A DNA stretch of 64,000 nt, from positions 248,001 through 312,000 of the forward strand of contig JAIVFI010000009.1 of the NCBI GenBank assembly GCA_025558095.1, read 5' to 3'. The notes beneath the pieces are model-generated. The model was not told the origin of the DNA. It did no database searches and saw only the letters and a program-made list of their open reading frames with translations. This stretch comes from Hyaloraphidium curvatum SAG 235-1. Its lineage: Eukaryota > Fungi > Monoblepharomycota. Position numbers and translations under genes: made by a program. Of this stretch, positions 36,678 through 47,995 are shown piece after piece. Within the stretch, counting starts at the first letter, position 1; every line of letters begins with the position of its first letter.

Positions 36678-38762
36678 TCAACGAAGGGCAGTTGGTACAT
36701 TGTATGCGAGCCGGGATCCGAGGTCAATCGATCCGTGTGCCGAACTCCAAGCCCTCCAGTCCCGATCGGGAGCCCGCAGGCGGAGCCCCTGCCTCTGCAA
36801 CATGATCCGCATGAGCGCGGTATCCGTCAGGAGAAAGTCTCCTTCCACGGACAAAACGCGTAGTGCCGGACAGCTGCTATAGATCGCAGGCAACACAGCG
36901 TCCGTCAGTCGCGTGCAGCGGTCCACCGACAAGGTGCAGATGGATGCTCCTCGGAGCTCCAGGAACTGTCGCAGACCCACGTCGGTGAAAGCGTTCTCGT
37001 CTAGCGCCAGATGCGTCGGTCGGGCCACTCCGTAAGCCATGTGCGAGAGCGCGCGATCGTTAAGGAAGCACCGCTGCATGATCAGACAGCGCAAGTTCCC
37101 CAGCCGGCGCGAAACAGCAAATACAACCGCGTCGGTGACTGCATCCGGATGCACATGCCGGAGAGTGAGGTGCTCGAGACCGGGCAGAGCCCGGGCCAAG
37201 TAGAGCAAATGAGCTTCTCGCAACTGAAGGCCGCTCAGATACGCGGTAGGGTTCAAGGACTCGCGGAGCATCTGCAGCGGCGATCGCTGGTCCACCGCGA
37301 CCTGCATGTCGTCGAACGAAAGCTTCAATCGGCGAAGATGCGGTCGGGTCGCTATCTCCGGAGCGGAATTCGCTCTCTGCTCCATGTGGTAGACGAGCCT
37401 CGGATGAACAGGGGCAAAAGGCACCTTACTGAGTTCCAATCGAACGAGGCGCGGGAATCGATCCAAAAGCGCCGGTACCGAGATGCCGACACGCTTCCAT
37501 TGATCGTTCACAAACACCGCTGCCGACACGATGTCCTCCAGAACGAGATAGACGATAGAAGTCGCTGCGTCACATAGTGGAAGGACGAGCCCATCGTTGG
37601 TATCCGTTATGTCTCGCAGACCCACAGAGCAGCCGCTCATCCGCAGAGAACGCAGCGCAGAACATGCCCGAAGAACTCTGGCCGTCGCGTCGAAACCCGA
37701 GCATCCCACGAGTGTCAACCGCTTCACGCATGCGGTGACGACCTCACCGGGCCAAACGAGACGGCTTGCTGGACTTCCCGGGAATAGCTGAAGCTCCAAA
37801 CTTTCAAGCGACTCACGATCGGATGCGTAGTTCAAGATTGAAAGGGCTGACACCTCCGTGATCTGCGGACATCCCACGAGACCTAATTCACTAAGCGCCT
37901 GGGTCGTCCGAGCGGTCCTCGAGGCCAATAGTACCTCCAAGTGGTCCTGACTGAAGTCGTTGCAATTACGCAGCCGAAAAGATCGCAGGCCTGTGAGCTT
38001 TTCCGCAACGTAGCTCACGAAAGATGTAGATCCACCGATCATGTCACCGCCTGCGCCCTTAAGGTCAATGTCCAGGCGCTGCAACTGCGCGGGCAAGGCG
38101 GCCCAGTCAAGGTGCGAATCGGAGACGATTTGAAGGCTCTCCAACGACGGCAGGCGAGACAGAACGGCTGCGATGGGCACTCGAAACAGACTCAGTTCAA
38201 TGCCGAGGTGATTGATGCAGCGCACGAGATCGACGTCGTTCATCAACGCAGTCAGCTGCAGATCTAGCTCCGTTCTCAGTGAATCTGATTGCGGCAAAGC
38301 TAGCCGCACTTCGCGGTGGACCAAGTCTAAACGTTTGACAATCGAGATGCCTCCTGGTACGTCACGGCAAAGGGACCGCCAACGACCCCTCGTCGCGGCA
38401 TGCAAGCAACCCGACATGGTTTCCAAAGAACGGAATCCGCCCTGCCCCGGTCCTGACCAGAGAACTTGCAGCGCATTGCTGCACCAATGTCTGCAGACGA
38501 GAAGGCACGCGAGCAGGTCCTCGACGTCGAGCATTGCGCTCCGGTCCCGGAAAAACAGCAAAAACAGATCGTACGGTAGGGTAGCCGCCGCGCTTTTGTC
38601 CCCCGTTCTCCTGCGTGCCCTTTCCGGGGCTGGCGGGGCCGTGAAGCTCCGTCCGGGCACATCGCGGGCTGCACCGCCCGAAGTTCGACCATTAGCCCGA
38701 GATTTCGAAGCATCGTGGCGATCTGCTTTGCTTCCGAGCTCCGTAAATCGGCGGACGAGCAT
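36678..38762 (-). CDS. F-box/leucine-rich-repeat protein (intronless)
   Basis: LPYDLFLLFF...LLACLLVCRHW F-box; cysteine-containing LRRs (CPQITE, CTRLTDAVL). Confidence 0.85.
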   Translation of the reverse strand: MLVRRFTELGSKADRHDASKSRANGRTSGGAARDVPGRSFTAPPAPERARRRTGDKSAAATLPYDLFLLFFRDRSAMLDVEDLLACLLVCRHWCSNALQVLWSGPGQGGFRSLETMSGCLHAATRGRWRSLCRDVPGGISIVKRLDLVHREVRLALPQSDSLRTELDLQLTALMNDVDLVRCINHLGIELSLFRVPIAAVLSRLPSLESLQIVSDSHLDWAALPAQLQRLDIDLKGAGGDMIGGSTSFVSYVAEKLTGLRSFRLRNCNDFSQDHLEVLLASRTARTTQALSELGLVGCPQITEVSALSILNYASDRESLESLELQLFPGSPASRLVWPGEVVTACVKRLTLVGCSGFDATARVLRACSALRSLRMSGCSVGLRDITDTNDGLVLPLCDAATSIVYLVLEDIVSAAVFVNDQWKRVGISVPALLDRFPRLVRLELSKVPFAPVHPRLVYHMEQRANSAPEIATRPHLRRLKLSFDDMQVAVDQRSPLQMLRESLNPTAYLSGLQLREAHLLYLARALPGLEHLTLRHVHPDAVTDAVVFAVSRRLGNLRCLIMQRCFLNDRALSHMAYGVARPTHLALDENAFTDVGLRQFLELRGASICTLSVDRCTRLTDAVLPAIYSSCPALRVLSVEGDFLLTDTALMRIMLQRQGLRLRAPDRDWRAWSSAHGSIDLGSRLAYNVPTALR

Positions 38763-38839
38763 CCCGCCCGCGGCGCTGTCGGCCGGTCGCGAGGGATTTC
38801 TCCGCCTCGTTCCGCCTTCACCCGGGTCGCTGGGCGCGA

Positions 38840-41627
38840 ATGAGGTACACGGACGCGTTCAGTGTTGGTTGACGCGTTCTCCGCGCTTAGGCGCCGGGTG
38901 GGCAATGTGTGACGCCTTTTTCCGGGTTGGGACAGCTCGATCGTCCAAAGGCGAGCGTGGACGCGGTTGCTGGACGGCTCAAGAAGAGCAAAGCGGCGGA
39001 TGCCGAGATCGCGGAGTTCTTCAAAGAGAGGTGCTCCTTTTCGGGACCGCCCTCTGGCAAGGGCATTGAAGCTAGGGCACAGGATCCGGATTGAGGAGTT
39101 GTATGCCCAACAGCTGGGCAAGCTGGCAAAGAAGGGCCTTTCTCAGGAGGCAAAAGATGGACTAGGGTGAGCCTATCAACCTGTGCTGAGTCGTCTCGGC
39201 GGTGAGCTCACGTGGGAGACAGGACCTTCGCGGGCATCGTGGAGAGCGTGTTCTCGGCGAGCAATGAGCTGGCGAGCTTACACCTCCAGCTCAGCAAGCT
39301 GCTGGCTTCGCAGATAGAGAATGCTCTGAAGGACACCAGGGCATTGGACGACGCGCTTCGACAGGTACTCTGAGCGCCTCAGTGTGTACAGATCGTGGCG
39401 ATTGACGACATCCCTCGGGGTCGAAGGAAGGCACCGTCTCAAAAGGTGCCAAATCTTACGAGGAAAAGCTGGGGAACCTCCGTAAAGTAGGCTCGCGGTT
39501 TTACCGCCGGATACCCTGTGTGGTCTGACCTGCGTGCGTCAGGCTCGCGAAAAAGCCGCGAAGAAGGTCGGCTCCAGGAGCGGTAAGAAGTCGAGATTGA
39601 ATGCCTTTGCTGTTGTTGACGATTGAGCGACAGATACTCAGGTGAATCAGGCGTCGTCCGCTCACGACCAGGCACGAGCAGAGTGGGCGAGGGAGCTCAA
39701 CGCCTTTCTGGACGTGGGTCCCGCCGGCCACTGCCCCTTTTCTCCGGTAAAGATGTGTCGTTGGGCAGCGCGCACAGAGGGCGGAGGAAGCGAGGCTGGG
39801 CAAGCTGAAGGATGCCATGAACAACTATGTCAATGCGGAGACCGAGGCTTACCGCAAGGCCATGTCGGTCAGTGGAAAGTCTCTACTCCTCCATCACTGC
39901 AATCTCATGGATCGTTCTAGGTCCCCGACAAGGTCCTGGTTAACGTGGTGTCGGCTGAAGTTTCGGCGGAGATCGAGGACTTTTGCGCAAAGGCGGGCGT
40001 CCAAAGTGGCGGATCTCCTGTCGCCGAAAGCACGTCAAGGGGCGGGCCCAGCCTCCCCCAGTTTTCGGGTTTCGGCTTTAAGGGACTGAACCGGGCATCG
40101 TCGATTCTGTCCATCGGCCAAAAGTTCAACGAAACCCTGACGTGGGCGCGGTTCGTCCTTCGTGTGCATTCTCCAGCTCACATGTGGTGCCACAGCTCCA
40201 AAACACACCACCGCGAGGCCGAGCAGCCGGGCACCCGCACTTTCGACAGTCAGCCCTCGCCGCCGGCCACCTTCAGCACTCGGGATCAGATCACCGTTGA
40301 CGAGGAAGGCTACCGCGTTGTGGTGCACAGCGATCCTTTCGCGAACCCGGTGAATCGAAATTTCGAAGACGACGACGATGACGAAGAAGGGTGAGGCCCG
40401 CCGCTAGGGACGTTCCACACGTGCCCCAACTCTCCTTCGCTAGGTCCCCGGCTCCGCAGCAACGGATCAAGGTCGAGATCAAGGAGCAAGCGATAAGCGA
40501 TGGTGCCGAAGATATGGCTGCTGTTCTCTCCAGCATGGCAGAGAAGATGGGAGTGGCCGGTGGCGGAGTTTCCAAGCGCCCCGGACCTGGGAGGTAAGTC
40601 CGTGTCACTTCATTGGAGCCCGTCATTGACCGTTGCATATGACAGACCGTCTGCGTCGTCCGCCCCCGACGTCGCGCAGACCCCGGACTCCCCGCGCGAT
40701 AATGCTTCGGCCCCAAGCCAAGGAGACTGGCCCGAAACATCTTTCGCAGACGAAGTTCTGCAGCAATTCCCTCCTAGGACTGTCCAACAGCTAAAGCTCA
40801 AAATGTTCGTTACCGAAACAGTCAACGCGGTGGTCGATGCTTCCGGTCAGATCTCGAAGATGCTCATCGTCGGGGAGGTCGGACTCGCTTTGGGTGAAAC
40901 GCTCGATCCCAGAAGCATTGCGGAAGGAGCGCGATTCGAACTTTCCCTCGCTGATCGTGGAAAGATCGAGAAGATTGTGCCCAACGGCTCCTTCTGCGCA
41001 TCCTACGGGGACGGGGACTCCAAGTCCTTCATGTGCGATCTCAAAGCAGTGGCCGAATACGGTCCCACCGAGGCATCTGCTTTGCCCTTGCTGAAGTACC
41101 AGGTCAGCACCCCAGACTCGGAACTCGACAAGATCGCCCCCTTGATCGTAAGGAGCAGGTGGAAGCCTGAAGCATCCCAGACGTCCCTTCTGCTGCTTTA
41201 CCAATTCAATCCTTCGGACGCTTCAATGGCGAGTGCGGTGCTAAAGGGCGTGGACGTTTTGGTGTCGGTCGCCGGAACGGCCGAAGTCACCAACGTGCAG
41301 TGCAAACCCAGCGGCCCGTGGAACAAAGACCGTCGCATGCTGCTCTGGAGGCTCGGGGACCTTGTTGCTTCGGCAGAAGAGCCGGGCAAGCTAATTGCGA
41401 GGTTCGAAACTGCCGCGACCCCTGGGGCACCCGCGGACGGACCCGGAGCGGATCCCTCGGTACGGTTGCCGCCAGGTCCCATTACTGTGCGCTTCTCGTG
41501 CGACGGCGTGCTGCTCTCTGGAGCCGACATCGTAGCTGGTGTTGGGGATCGGCCTGGCCTGGAATCGGTGGAGGTGGTTGAAGTGAAGCGGCAAGTCGTC
41601 GCAGGCAAGTACGTCCTCATGCCGTAA
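38840..41627 (+). CDS. SYP1: SYP1/FCHo muniscin (F-BAR plus mu homology domain)
   Basis: EIAEFFKER..IEELYAQQLGKLAK F-BAR; TETVNAVV..MLIVGEV, LLKYQV, W..DRRMLLWRL, ITVRF..G, VVAGKY mu homology domain. Confidence 0.88.
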
Positions 41628-41657
41628 GGGTATACGATGGAGAGGCGAATACAGCTA

Positions 41658-42343
41658 TCATCGGGTATCTACTGAGGCCGCCACTCGTTCATTCTGCAGC
41701 CAATCCCGGTCCAGCGACTCGAGATGTTCGTCAAAGTCATGCAGAAGCCCCAGGTTCGCGTGATCGAGGACCGTCCGCGGGGGAACGGACACGGCGACCT
41801 TCGACTTCAGAATCTGCCACCCCGATCCCTCTTTGGAGTAGGCAATGAGGAGCCCTTCCTGGCTCTTGAACTTGGTGATATCCAGCTGACGGGCAGGTGA
41901 GGCCACCACCGTTGCGAGGGGAACGAACCGGCTTACCACGATGTAAACGGTCCCGGGACCTGCCTTGCTTTCGATAAGAGAGGCAATGGTACGCCCGACC
42001 GGAGACACTGTCCTGTCCTCCGGGTTCTGGTTGGCCTGGTAGTACCCGACTACTCTCCGGTTCGTCGCGGCAGCAAAGGCGTCGATCTGCGACATCGGAA
42101 CCGCGTTGATTTCCTCCGCGCGCCTCGAAGGCAAAACCACCTCCGCACCTGTTCCAAACCGACCTCCAGCATCGGGAACAGGTTCAGGTTGGTGTGGAAA
42201 AGAGGCACCGCGTCGAGGACCGAGAGCCCCGTGTCCGTCTTCCGCCCCAAAAGAATCCCGTTCACCGCCACGGACGGGTACTTGGCAGAATGTAACAGGA
42301 TCTTTGCGCAGGCCGTCGACGACACATCGCACGAGATGCCCAT
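41658..42343 (-). CDS. EMC8: ER membrane complex subunit EMC8/9 (UPF0172, MPN-like)
   Basis: AKILLHSAKYPSVAVNGILLG, DAVPLFH, VVGYYQAN, LHDFDEHLESLDRDWLQN. Confidence 0.92.
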
Positions 42344-42431
42344 TGTGTTGTGGTGGGGCTCGCGTTGCGCGCGATGGATCGATCGCACCGCGTGCACGCA
42401 CCTTTTCTGCCCACGGGCCTTGGCTCCTATC

Positions 42432-43670
42432 ATGGCAGGCGGTTGGTCTAGCCTGATCCAGCTCGGCTTGGCGATATCCTTGCCGTGGCTGCTACGTCAG
42501 CTGGCATCGTGGCTCAACCGGAAGCCGGACGCGAAGCCCAAGGCAAGCGCGCCCTATGGGCGGTTCGACGAAGCCGTGCGATGGGTCCTTCTGGCCACCA
42601 TCGTGTATAACCTGGTGTTTGCCTGGGTCTGGACGCCGCCGAATCTGCTCGCGTCGCTCCAAGTGGGCGCGGGCGCGCCTTCGTTCGTGCTGCGGAACGC
42701 CATCTGGGAGTACACCGAGCAGGGATGGGGACAAAAGTGGGCCAAGCAGGTCCTCGGCGAATCCGAGGTCGAAGGCGTTCTTCCGGCGAAGCTCGAGCGC
42801 CTCCACACCCTGTACGGCCCGCTGAAGGACCAAGGGAAGCGGGTTTCCTACCTGAAGTACGGGGAGGCCGCCTTTCTCGGCTGCGGGTGGTGCGAGAACG
42901 ACCACGACTACCTCCTGAACATCTTCCCCGGGATTGCGCTGCAGTACGTTGTCGTGTTTTTCGCCCTGATCTTTGCGACGGAGGCGCGGCGGAAAAAGAC
43001 GTGGTGGACGTGGGCAGCCGTTGGTGTGGTGGCCGTCGGCCTCTTTGTGGACGTCACGCAGTTTGCGTCGTCGGACGAAGATTTCCTGCGTGATGCCATG
43101 AACCCCGCGAAGGCAGGGACCTCTGCGACTTGGTCGTCGGCCTACTCTTTCGCGGACCGCTGGCGCCGCACGGGGTTCGCGGCGATCTGTCTCGCAGTGC
43201 TGCTCATTGACGGATCCTTGGAGAGGACGGAGAACGAGATTGCGCGGTCCATCGTCGGCCTGAACCAGAACATCCTGAGCCACCTCAACGCCTACCGGCT
43301 GCAGCGGAGCAGCGTCCTTAGCGACGACACGCTCCGCAAGGCCTTCATGGATTTCCACCGTGCCAACGCCGTCGAGGCCGAGCTGATCAACGGCAACCCT
43401 GAGTACGAGAGCGTCAAGAGGGCTGCCATACAGAAGCATTCGCTGGATAAGGTCTTCCAGGAACAGGCCCAAATCGTGGAGCGGTGAGTTGCTGATTGCA
43501 TTAGCGGCGTTGCAGGCCCTGATCCCCCTTGCAGGATCATATCGGACGCCGTTTCGGAGGACAAGGAGGTGCTGGAATACGAGTCCGCGATCAAGGGTCC
43601 CATGGGGTCGGGCTCCGTCTTGGAGGAGGACGAGGAGGACGAGCTGAACAATTACCCGGGAGCGATGTAG
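42432..43670 (+). CDS. multi-pass membrane protein of unknown function
   Basis: Codon-biased ORF with several hydrophobic segments, PPNL and YLKYGEAAFLGCGWC motifs. Confidence 0.75.
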
Positions 43671-43822
43671 TCGATCGCGAATGATATGGGTCTGGGTCCC
43701 CAACCGCGTATGAACTTACTTACTGGAGGGGGACCGGGTAAAGGGTGGAGCTGCGCCGAACTTGGGCTTGGCCCATCAGTGGCGAGAGACTCCGTTCGCT
43801 CCCTGCGCGGCGCTGCTCTGAA

Positions 43823-46635
43823 ATGATCCCTCCGGCGACCGACTACAGCCGATGGCGGTTGCGGGTGAAGGAAGGTCGGCAGCTGTGGGAGTATCTGAGC
43901 GAGGAGGAGGCCGAGCGGGATCCGCAGAGGCCTTGCGACCAGTACCATCTCGGCACCTACACGGTGCGTTTCTAGCGGGGCCGACCAGGGAGTGCAAGCT
44001 GAATTGCCCATCAGTCGGCGCCTGAGCTTCCGGCACCACGTTCTCCCTTGGATTCCGCGCGCAATGGCTTCGAGTTCTTCAGGAGGACGCAGACGGACGA
44101 CGGCCACTGGGCGGGAGAGTACGGGGGACCGATGTTTATCATTCCCGGCTTTGCCATCGCCATGTACATCACCAAGACTCCCTTTGCCCCCGGGCAACGC
44201 GAGGAGATGGTGCGGTACATAAAGAACCGGGCGCACAAGGAGGACGGCGGTTGGGGAATGTGGGCTGGCTCTGCTCGACCTTGTCGCTCCTTCTTACATC
44301 ATTCATAGCCACATCGAGGGCATTTCCACTGTCTTCGGGACCGCGCTGAACTACGTGGCACTGCGTTTGATGGGAGTGGGACCTGATGACCCTGTCTGCG
44401 CGAAAGCGAGGAAGTGTCTCCACGGGCTCGGTACGGAGACTCTTCCGAGGGCGATCGCCGATGGAATCTGAGCTTGAGCGCTGTTTCAGGTGGCGCCATT
44501 GCAGCCCCAGCTTGGGGCAAGTTCTGGCTCTCGGTGCTGAACGTCTATTCCTGGGAGGGGATGAACCCCGTGCCGCCGGAGCTCTGGATTCTCCCCTACG
44601 CGATCCCGCTTCACTCAGGCCGCTATTGGTGCCACACGAGGATGGTTTATCTTGCCATGGGCTGGTTCTACGCCAACCGTTGGTCCGCGGAGCTCACGGA
44701 TCTGACCAAGGCTCTTCGGGAGGCAGGGCACGGCGATCAGTGCAATTTTAAGAGCGGCGCTCACGCCTGGCCTTCTTCAGGAGCTCTATGTTGAACCGTA
44801 CGACAAAATCAACTGGAGCAAGGCGCCGAACTGCGTCTCTGAAGCTGATCTGTATACCCCGCACTCGAAACTCATGGACATGGCGAACGGTGAGTTTAGC
44901 CATGCGGCTCGCAGCACCTTCTCATGAGACAATCGCAGTGGTTCTTCATCAGTACGAGAAGGTCGCTGGACCCAAGAGCTGGTTGCGCAGCCGGGCCATT
45001 GCCGAAGTCGTGAGGCAGATCCGCTTCGAAGACGAAAACACCAAGTACCTTGACATTGCGCCGGTAAGATTCTTTGGCTGCCTGCATGCGAGCCGTTGTG
45101 ACAAGGCAAACACAGGTCAGTAAAGCTATGAACATGTTGTTGGTGTGGATCATCGACGGACCGAAGTCGGAGACTTGGGCCAAGCATCTGGAAAGAGTTC
45201 CTGATGTCATGTGGTGGGCACAGGACCTTGCCTTGGCAAGTGGCCCGTCCTTACGGCTCTGCTGCAGGTTGGGGCGAGAAGGAATGATGTGCTCGGGGAC
45301 GAACGGATCCCAGCTCTGGGATACGGCTTTTGTCGTGCAGGCCCTTGTGGAATCAGGACTTGCCGAGGAAGAGGCATTCAGGCCCCACGTGTTGAAGGCT
45401 TTCGAGTTCATTGACGACTGCCAGGTCTCGTTGTCAATTGCTTCGGGGGTCCTTTGTTCCTGACGGTTCGTTTTCCAGATCAAGGAGAACCCAAAGCATC
45501 ACCTTGAAGCGTACCGTTACATGACGAAAGGAGCGTGGCCCTTCAGCACCCGAGACCAGGGATGGACTGTCTCCGACTGCACCGCCGAGGGTTTGAAAAC
45601 CGTCCTCCTCTTGCAAAACAAGCTAAGGTAGCTTTCTCCGAGGTTTCGCACGTGCTTGATCCGACAACAGGTGCACGCAGCTACACCGAGAAGCGCGTTT
45701 CCGACGAGAGGATGTTTGATGCCGTCAATGTGCTGCTGAACATGCAGAACGCAGACGGGGGGTTCGCAACCTATGAACCGCGGAAAGGACCCTTCTGGCT
45801 CGAATGGTTCAATCCTGCAGAAGTTTTCGGTGGGCGCACTTCTTGATTTGCCTTACGAGCATGGGTTTCACGGCGTCAATCAGGCAACATCATGGTCGAC
45901 TACAGCTACGTCGAGTGCACGACGGCGGTGCTGCTCGGCCTCACATCCTTCCGGAAGTACTTCCCGAACCACCGCAAATCCGAGATTCGGTAAGGGTGCC
46001 CTCTATTGCTAGAAGCCACGATATCAACACGTCCCACACCAGGGCGTGCTTAGATCGTTGCGTGAAGTTCATCAAAGGCACCCAGCGGCAAGATGGCAGC
46101 TGGTACGGCAGCTGGGCCGTGTGCTTCACCTACGCGACGTGGTTCGGCGTGGAAGCATTGGCCAGCATTGGCGAGGACTACCATAACAGCGACAACGTCC
46201 GACGCGCCTGTGAGTTCTTGATTTCCAAGCAGGAAGCCGACGGCGGATGGGGGGAGGCGTACAAAGTAAGCCTGACCGAATTGGAATCGCATCGATGCTC
46301 TTACGTTTCTCTTCAATCAGGCCTGCGAAATCCATGAATGGGTCAGCCACGAGAAATCGCAGGTCGTCATGACGTCCTGGGCCGTCATGGCGCTCATGGC
46401 GGCCAAGTACCCCGACGAAACGCCGATACGCCGGGGGATCCAGCTCATCATGGACAGGCAGCTTCCCACGGGGGAATGGCTGCAGGAAGGCATCGAGGGA
46501 GTCTTCAACCACAACTGCATGATCAGCTACCCGAACTACAAATTCGCCTTTACAATCTGGGCTCTCGGGAGGTATGCGGCCTTGTGCAGGGGAAGCTCTG
46601 TATCCCTACCGTCCTCCACTCCGTCGAAGCTTTGA
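43823..46635 (+). CDS. ERG7: oxidosqualene cyclase, lanosterol-synthase type (multi-exon)
   Basis: [48 protein letters not shown] repeats; Thr/Gln/Val at product-determining sites. Confidence 0.96.
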
Positions 46636-46856
46636 TTCTGTAGAGCTAGAGCTATTGTACATACCCTAATGTCGCGGCGGAGACTCGATTCCACGATTGC
46701 AGCGACGCTCGGGTGGAGGCGAGCGGAGTTTGAGCCAAAAAAACTCCCGTCTCGCAATTCTCGCGGACGGCTCCATCAGCACCCCAGCGATGGCCTCTGC
46801 TTGATAGGAGACAAAACAGCCGACTCGGGAGATCCACGACTTGGGACATTAGGGCG

Positions 46857-47820
46857 ATGTCGGGCATGTGTGCGCGTCCGGCCGCTCTGTTCCTGTCTGA
46901 CGCACTGGCCCGGCGCACAGAAGAAATCGAGGACTTCCAGGAACAGCTGAATGAGATTACCACGGAGATTTCCGAGAGCCTCGCAACTGAGGTCTCGGAG
47001 CTCCGAGGCACCGACCGCATCGAGCGGTGCTCGGAGCTCAGGGGGCGGCTCCAGCGCGCCCGGCAGCTGCTGCGCAGCATACAGGTCGAGGCGCGCGAGC
47101 TCGAGAGCGGCGCACGACGAACGTGGGAGTACGTAAGTAGGGCCTAGGATCCATCTGCAGGCCCCTTACGTGTCGCTTCCAGCGTGCAAAGGAGCTGGAA
47201 CAAGAGTTGAACCACCTGCAGCAGGACATCGAATGGGCCGAGACGACCGGAGAGAGGGACGATCTCCATGCTAAGCGTGAGCATCGCATAGCCTCGGATT
47301 CCGGCGTACTGCTGATCTCTCGGTGCCCAGCCGAAGCCCAACTGACGGCGCGGGACTACACCCAGCAGGGGCTCGCGATCCAGAACCAGAGCCTGGCATC
47401 GACAGCCAGAACCAAGCAGCGGATCGAGGAAACGATCAATGTTCGTTCTCGCATCGCTTCGCTTCGTGTCACGATCCATGGCTAATGCGCGGCGCTGCCC
47501 TCAGATCGGAACGGACATCACAGAGGGTTTGAAGAGGCAGACCGAGCAGATCACAAAGATCAAGGACGACGTGGACCAAATCGAAAGCAACATCAAGCGG
47601 GCGGACAAGCAAGTCCGGATGTTCATGAGGTTCGGTGAGATGTGCATGCAAGGCTGCACCTCTAACAACCGCCCGCAGGCGGATGGCAACCGATCGCATA
47701 TTCCTGGTCCTGATCCTCCTTGTAGTGCTCGGCGTGATAGCTGCCATCGTTGTTTACTTTATGAAACCGAAACTGGAGGGGCGACCGGTCCTGGGAGTCG
47801 GGACGCCGCTCGGGAGATAA
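46857..47820 (+). CDS. Qb-SNARE of NPSN type
   Basis: Helical N-domain, SNARE motif LKRQTEQI...IKRADKQVRMFMRRMATDR then a C-terminal TM helix; the ATD(K/R) before the TM is NPSN-like. Confidence 0.8.
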
Positions 47821-47995
47821 TGCATGCCTTCCTGAACTTACGCACCCGTCCAGGGACCCCTTTCTGGATATCGCGAAGACGAGGAGCCCACCAATAGCTA
47901 GCAGGACCGTGGACAGTGACGGTTCATTCGTGAATATTCTCACAGCCACCGGTAGCTCATGGCACCACAACCCCGAATCAAACCGTCAAAAAAGC

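Noticed and set aside
45280-45590. Cycloartenol synthase
   Set aside because: Diagnostic positions read Thr (GTNGSQ), Gln and Val ([11 protein letters not shown]), i.e. lanosterol-type, not Tyr/His/Ile.
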